A stretch of 21,978 nucleotides of DNA from an uncultured delta proteobacterium (lineage in GTDB: Bacteria; Desulfobacterota; RBG-13-43-22). The DNA is taken from assembly GCA_963802945.1 (NCBI GenBank), contig CAWDKY010000064.1, positions 1 to 21,978 of the forward strand, written 5' to 3'. Both the position numbers and the translations under genes were made by a program. The notes under the pieces were generated by a model. The model saw only the letters and a program-made list of their open reading frames with translations, ran no database searches and was not told the DNA's origin. Of the stretch, positions 19,141-21,978 are shown one piece after another. Every line of letters begins with the position of its first letter. The first letter of the stretch is position 1.

Positions 19141-20126
19141 ATGATTGAAAAGATTTTTGATGATTTATACCGACTTGAAATTCCCCTTCCCAGAAGCCCT
19201 TTAAAAGCCCTGAATTCCTACCTGATCAGAGGTGAGGACCGATTTTTGATTATCGATACCGGGATGAACCGTGAAGCCTGTCTTAAGGCCATGCAGTCAT
19301 GTCTTAAGGAGCTGGATGTGGACCTGAAGAAGACCGACTTTTTTATCACCCACCTGCATGCGGACCATCTCGGCCTGATTGGTCATTTGGCAACCGATAC
19401 CTCGACGGTCTATTTCAGCCGAGCGGAAGCCAGGGTTATCAGCGGTCATAAAAAATCCTCCGAGGAGCGGCGCGCCGATATTATGAAATTTTATGTCTCC
19501 AGCGGTTTTCCGGAAGAGGAGCTGAAAACGGCCATGGAAAATCATCCGGGGTATCGCTACAGCCCTCAGCGAAAGGTGGATTTTACGCAATTGATAGAAG
19601 GAGATGGGATACAGATCGGGGATTACTGCCTTTACCTGCATTGATACGCCCGGCCATTCTCCCGGCCATATGTGCCTTTATGAACCCCAAAAGAAGCTCT
19701 TTGTCGCCGGAGACCACATCCTGATTGACATTACCCCCAATATCACCAATTGGCCTGAACTGGAAAATTCCCTAAAGTCCTATCTGACGAATTTAAAAAA
19801 GATCTATGATCTTGAGATTGACCTCGTTTTACCGGGGCACCGCAAGCCTCATAACCGATCACCAAAAAAGGATCGATGAGCTTCAAGAACATCATCGGGA
19901 CAGATTGGATGAAGTTCTGGAGGCCTTGAAAGAAGGAGAAAAAACCGCCTGGCAGATCGCCCCCCATATCACCTGGGATATTGATTTTCGATCCTGGGAA
20001 GACTTTCCCCCGGTTCAAAAATGGTTTGCCCTTGGTGAAACCATGGCCCATATTGATTATCTGGAGGCCGAAGGGAAAATCAACAAAAGAGAAGAGGCCG
20101 GACGGATCCTGTTCTCATTAGGGTAG
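19141..20126 (+). CDS. MBL-fold metallo-hydrolase with C-terminal winged-helix; apparent frameshifts ~19632 and ~19845
   Basis: IIDTG, THLHADHLG, DTPGHSPGH, AGDHIL, LPGH, GETMAHIDYL; AAGGAG RBS. Confidence 0.9.
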
Positions 20127-20176
20127 GGGAGCAGGTTTTGAATCTTACAAATTACAGCGTTAGGATTCTAAACCTG
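20126..20176. repeat. Degenerate GGGG-tagged inverted pair / hairpin after the MBL gene
   Basis: GGGGAG-CAGGTTTTGAATCTTA ... TAGGATTCTAAACCTG (14/16 complementary). Confidence 0.5.
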
Positions 20177-20185
20177 AATCAATAT

Positions 20186-20354
20186 GGCCAGGTCTATAAT
20201 GTTTCACTTCCTCTATTTTTAATCAATCATTTAGACTTCTGAAGAGATTTGTAAAGTGAAATTTCAAAAGGTCTGTGAGATTGTCCCAAGGATCACCTGC
20301 TCCTGGAATGGCCCGACTTAACGTCCAAGATTATAGACCCGACCCCAGACCTGC
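20186..20354 (+). mobile_element. Degenerate MITE containing repeat copy B
   Basis: Left end GGCCAGGTCTATAATGTTTCAC imperfectly mirrors the right end GTCCAAGATTATAGACCCGACCCC; 20230-20354 is homologous to 17051-17174. Confidence 0.65.
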
Positions 20355-20392
20355 AGAAGAAATTTCATAAAGAAAATATATGGCCCGGGTAC

Positions 20393-21449
20393 CTATTCGC
20401 TTGGCGGTAAGAGGGGCACCTTGAGGATGTCATCAGGTAGTTGCCCGGTCAGAGATTTTAAGAAAATAATGATATCCCCAATCTGTTGGTCCGTGAGAGT
20501 TTTTGCCAACTGTATTTTACCCATGATCCGGACAGCGTCGTATAAGTGATCGACAGATCCGTCATGAAAATAAGGGGATGTCATTGCAACGTTTCTAAGT
20601 ATGGGGACTTTGAATACATACTTGTCGTTTTCATTCTTAGTAACCACATATCTTCCTTCATCAATTTCTTTGCTCTTGGTATACTGCCAGTAGGGTTCAA
20701 ATACACCAAACTTTTGGTACATTTGTCCGCCGACATAGGCGCTTGAATGGCAGATGATACAACCTGTTTCGATGAAGGTTTTAAGCCCTCTTTTTTGATT
20801 GTCCGAGAGAGCGGTCAGTTCCCCTTTTACAAAGGCGTCGAAACGAGAAGGAGTGACAAGTGTTCTTTCAAAGGCTCCCACTGCCTTTGCAAAATTATCC
20901 ACCGTGACCGGATCTTTGTCCTCTGGGAACGCTTCCTTAAACAGGGGGCCATACCCCTTGATCTCCTTCAATCTCTTTTCCACCGCTTCATAAGACGGCA
21001 TCCCAAAAGAGGGAGGGCCGATCACCGCTTGTTTTGCCTGATCTTCCACATCTACTCTGTTTCCTATCCAGTGCGCAGAAATTTGGCCTGCGGCATTGAA
21101 AACGGTAGGGGCATTTCTTGGATTGACTTTACAATTATTCCCAATAGACTTCTTTAATCCATCAGCCGCATACAAACCGATCGGATGGCATCGTGCACAG
21201 CTCACCGTTCCGTCTACGGAAATGCGCGTTTCATAAAATAGTATTTTCCCCAGTTTAACCTTTTCAGGGGTGACAGGATTTTTCTCCGATACCTATCACT
21301 TGTGGCAGCAGGCCAAAAATTTGTTTTGCCTGGGTGAGCAAGATGTCATCTCCATTGCTGGCGAATGACATGCCGGCAAAAATTAGGATAGAAATGACAC
21401 CAATGACCTTTATACCATTTCTATTTTTCATTCCTTTTATCTTGACCAT
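20393..21449 (-). CDS. Diheme cytochrome c peroxidase (CcpA/MauG family); apparent frameshift ~21290
   Basis: Signal peptide, two CXXCH motifs (CARCH, CIICH), RNAPTVFNAA, FKVPILRNVAMTSPYFHDGS; GAGGAGG RBS before ATG 21449. Confidence 0.92.
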
Positions 21450-21471
21450 GGTAACCTCCTCATCTCTGGAA

Positions 21472-21978
21472 TTATATCTTTGCCACATAAATCAAAAAGC
21501 CGATAAGTGCCCCGCCAAGTACGAGCCACAAGGAGTTCAAGCGAAAGCGAACGAGCAGAACGGCGCTTCCTAAAGCCAACAGAGCAGTGGGAAGATCAAT
21601 GACCGCATCACGCCCCAGGCTCCAGGTAACCGAAGCCATGAGTGCCAGCGAAGCTATAATCACGCCGTCCAGGAAGGCTCCGGCCACGGCTGACTTGCGT
21701 AAACGCGGGATAAGAGGACTGCTGGCGGCGACAAAGATAAATGAGGGAAGAAAAATCCCGGCGGTGGCGATAACGGCGCCTGGCAACCCGGCGAGCAAAT
21801 AGCCGATGAACGTGGCGGTGGTGAAGACAGGACCAGGGGTCACCTGCCCCACGGCAATGGCGTCCAAAAGCTGAGTTGTCGTAAGCCAATGCCAATGCCC
21901 GACAAGATCGGCCTGCAAAAAAGCCAGGAGCACATAGCCGCTCCCGAAAGACGATGGAGCCGACCTTCACGAAGAAAG
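21472..21978 (-). CDS. chrA: Chromate efflux transporter, 3' part (runs off the window); apparent frameshift ~21946
   Basis: KVGSIVFGSGYVLLAFL, DAIAVGQVTPGPVFTTATFIGY, GIFLPSF. Confidence 0.93.

Noticed and set aside
19141-20126. MBL gene as an antibiotic-resistance beta-lactamase
   Set aside because: No signal peptide; the HxHxDH motif with a C-terminal winged helix fits cytoplasmic glyoxalase II-like hydrolases.

Overview
Bacterial accessory region, probably from a Desulfobacterota/deltaproteobacterial anaerobe (inferred from gene types and intergenic repeats). From left to right: the 5' part of a TetR regulator with a palindromic operator; an atypical IS630-family transposase; a type II R-M pair (Dam-like m6A methylase plus SacI-family endonuclease); a YeiH/PSE transporter with a small unannotated membrane-protein gene; an orphan lipoprotein; then a lipid/CoA-catabolic set (FadE26/27-like acyl-CoA dehydrogenase pair, hotdog-fold protein, GH1 glycosidase, SDR, LivJ-like binding protein, SCP2-type thiolase plus DUF35, MBL-fold hydrolase); a TMEM175 gene broken by a MITE; a diheme cytochrome c peroxidase; and the 3' part of chrA. 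About 12 single-base frameshifts across 10 otherwise intact genes suggest long-read sequencing error. The most notable unexplained structure is about ten GGGG-tagged ends or remnants resembling HUH/Y1 (RAYT-like) transposons, mostly at gene-module boundaries. Two of them converge on, and bracket, the R-M system.
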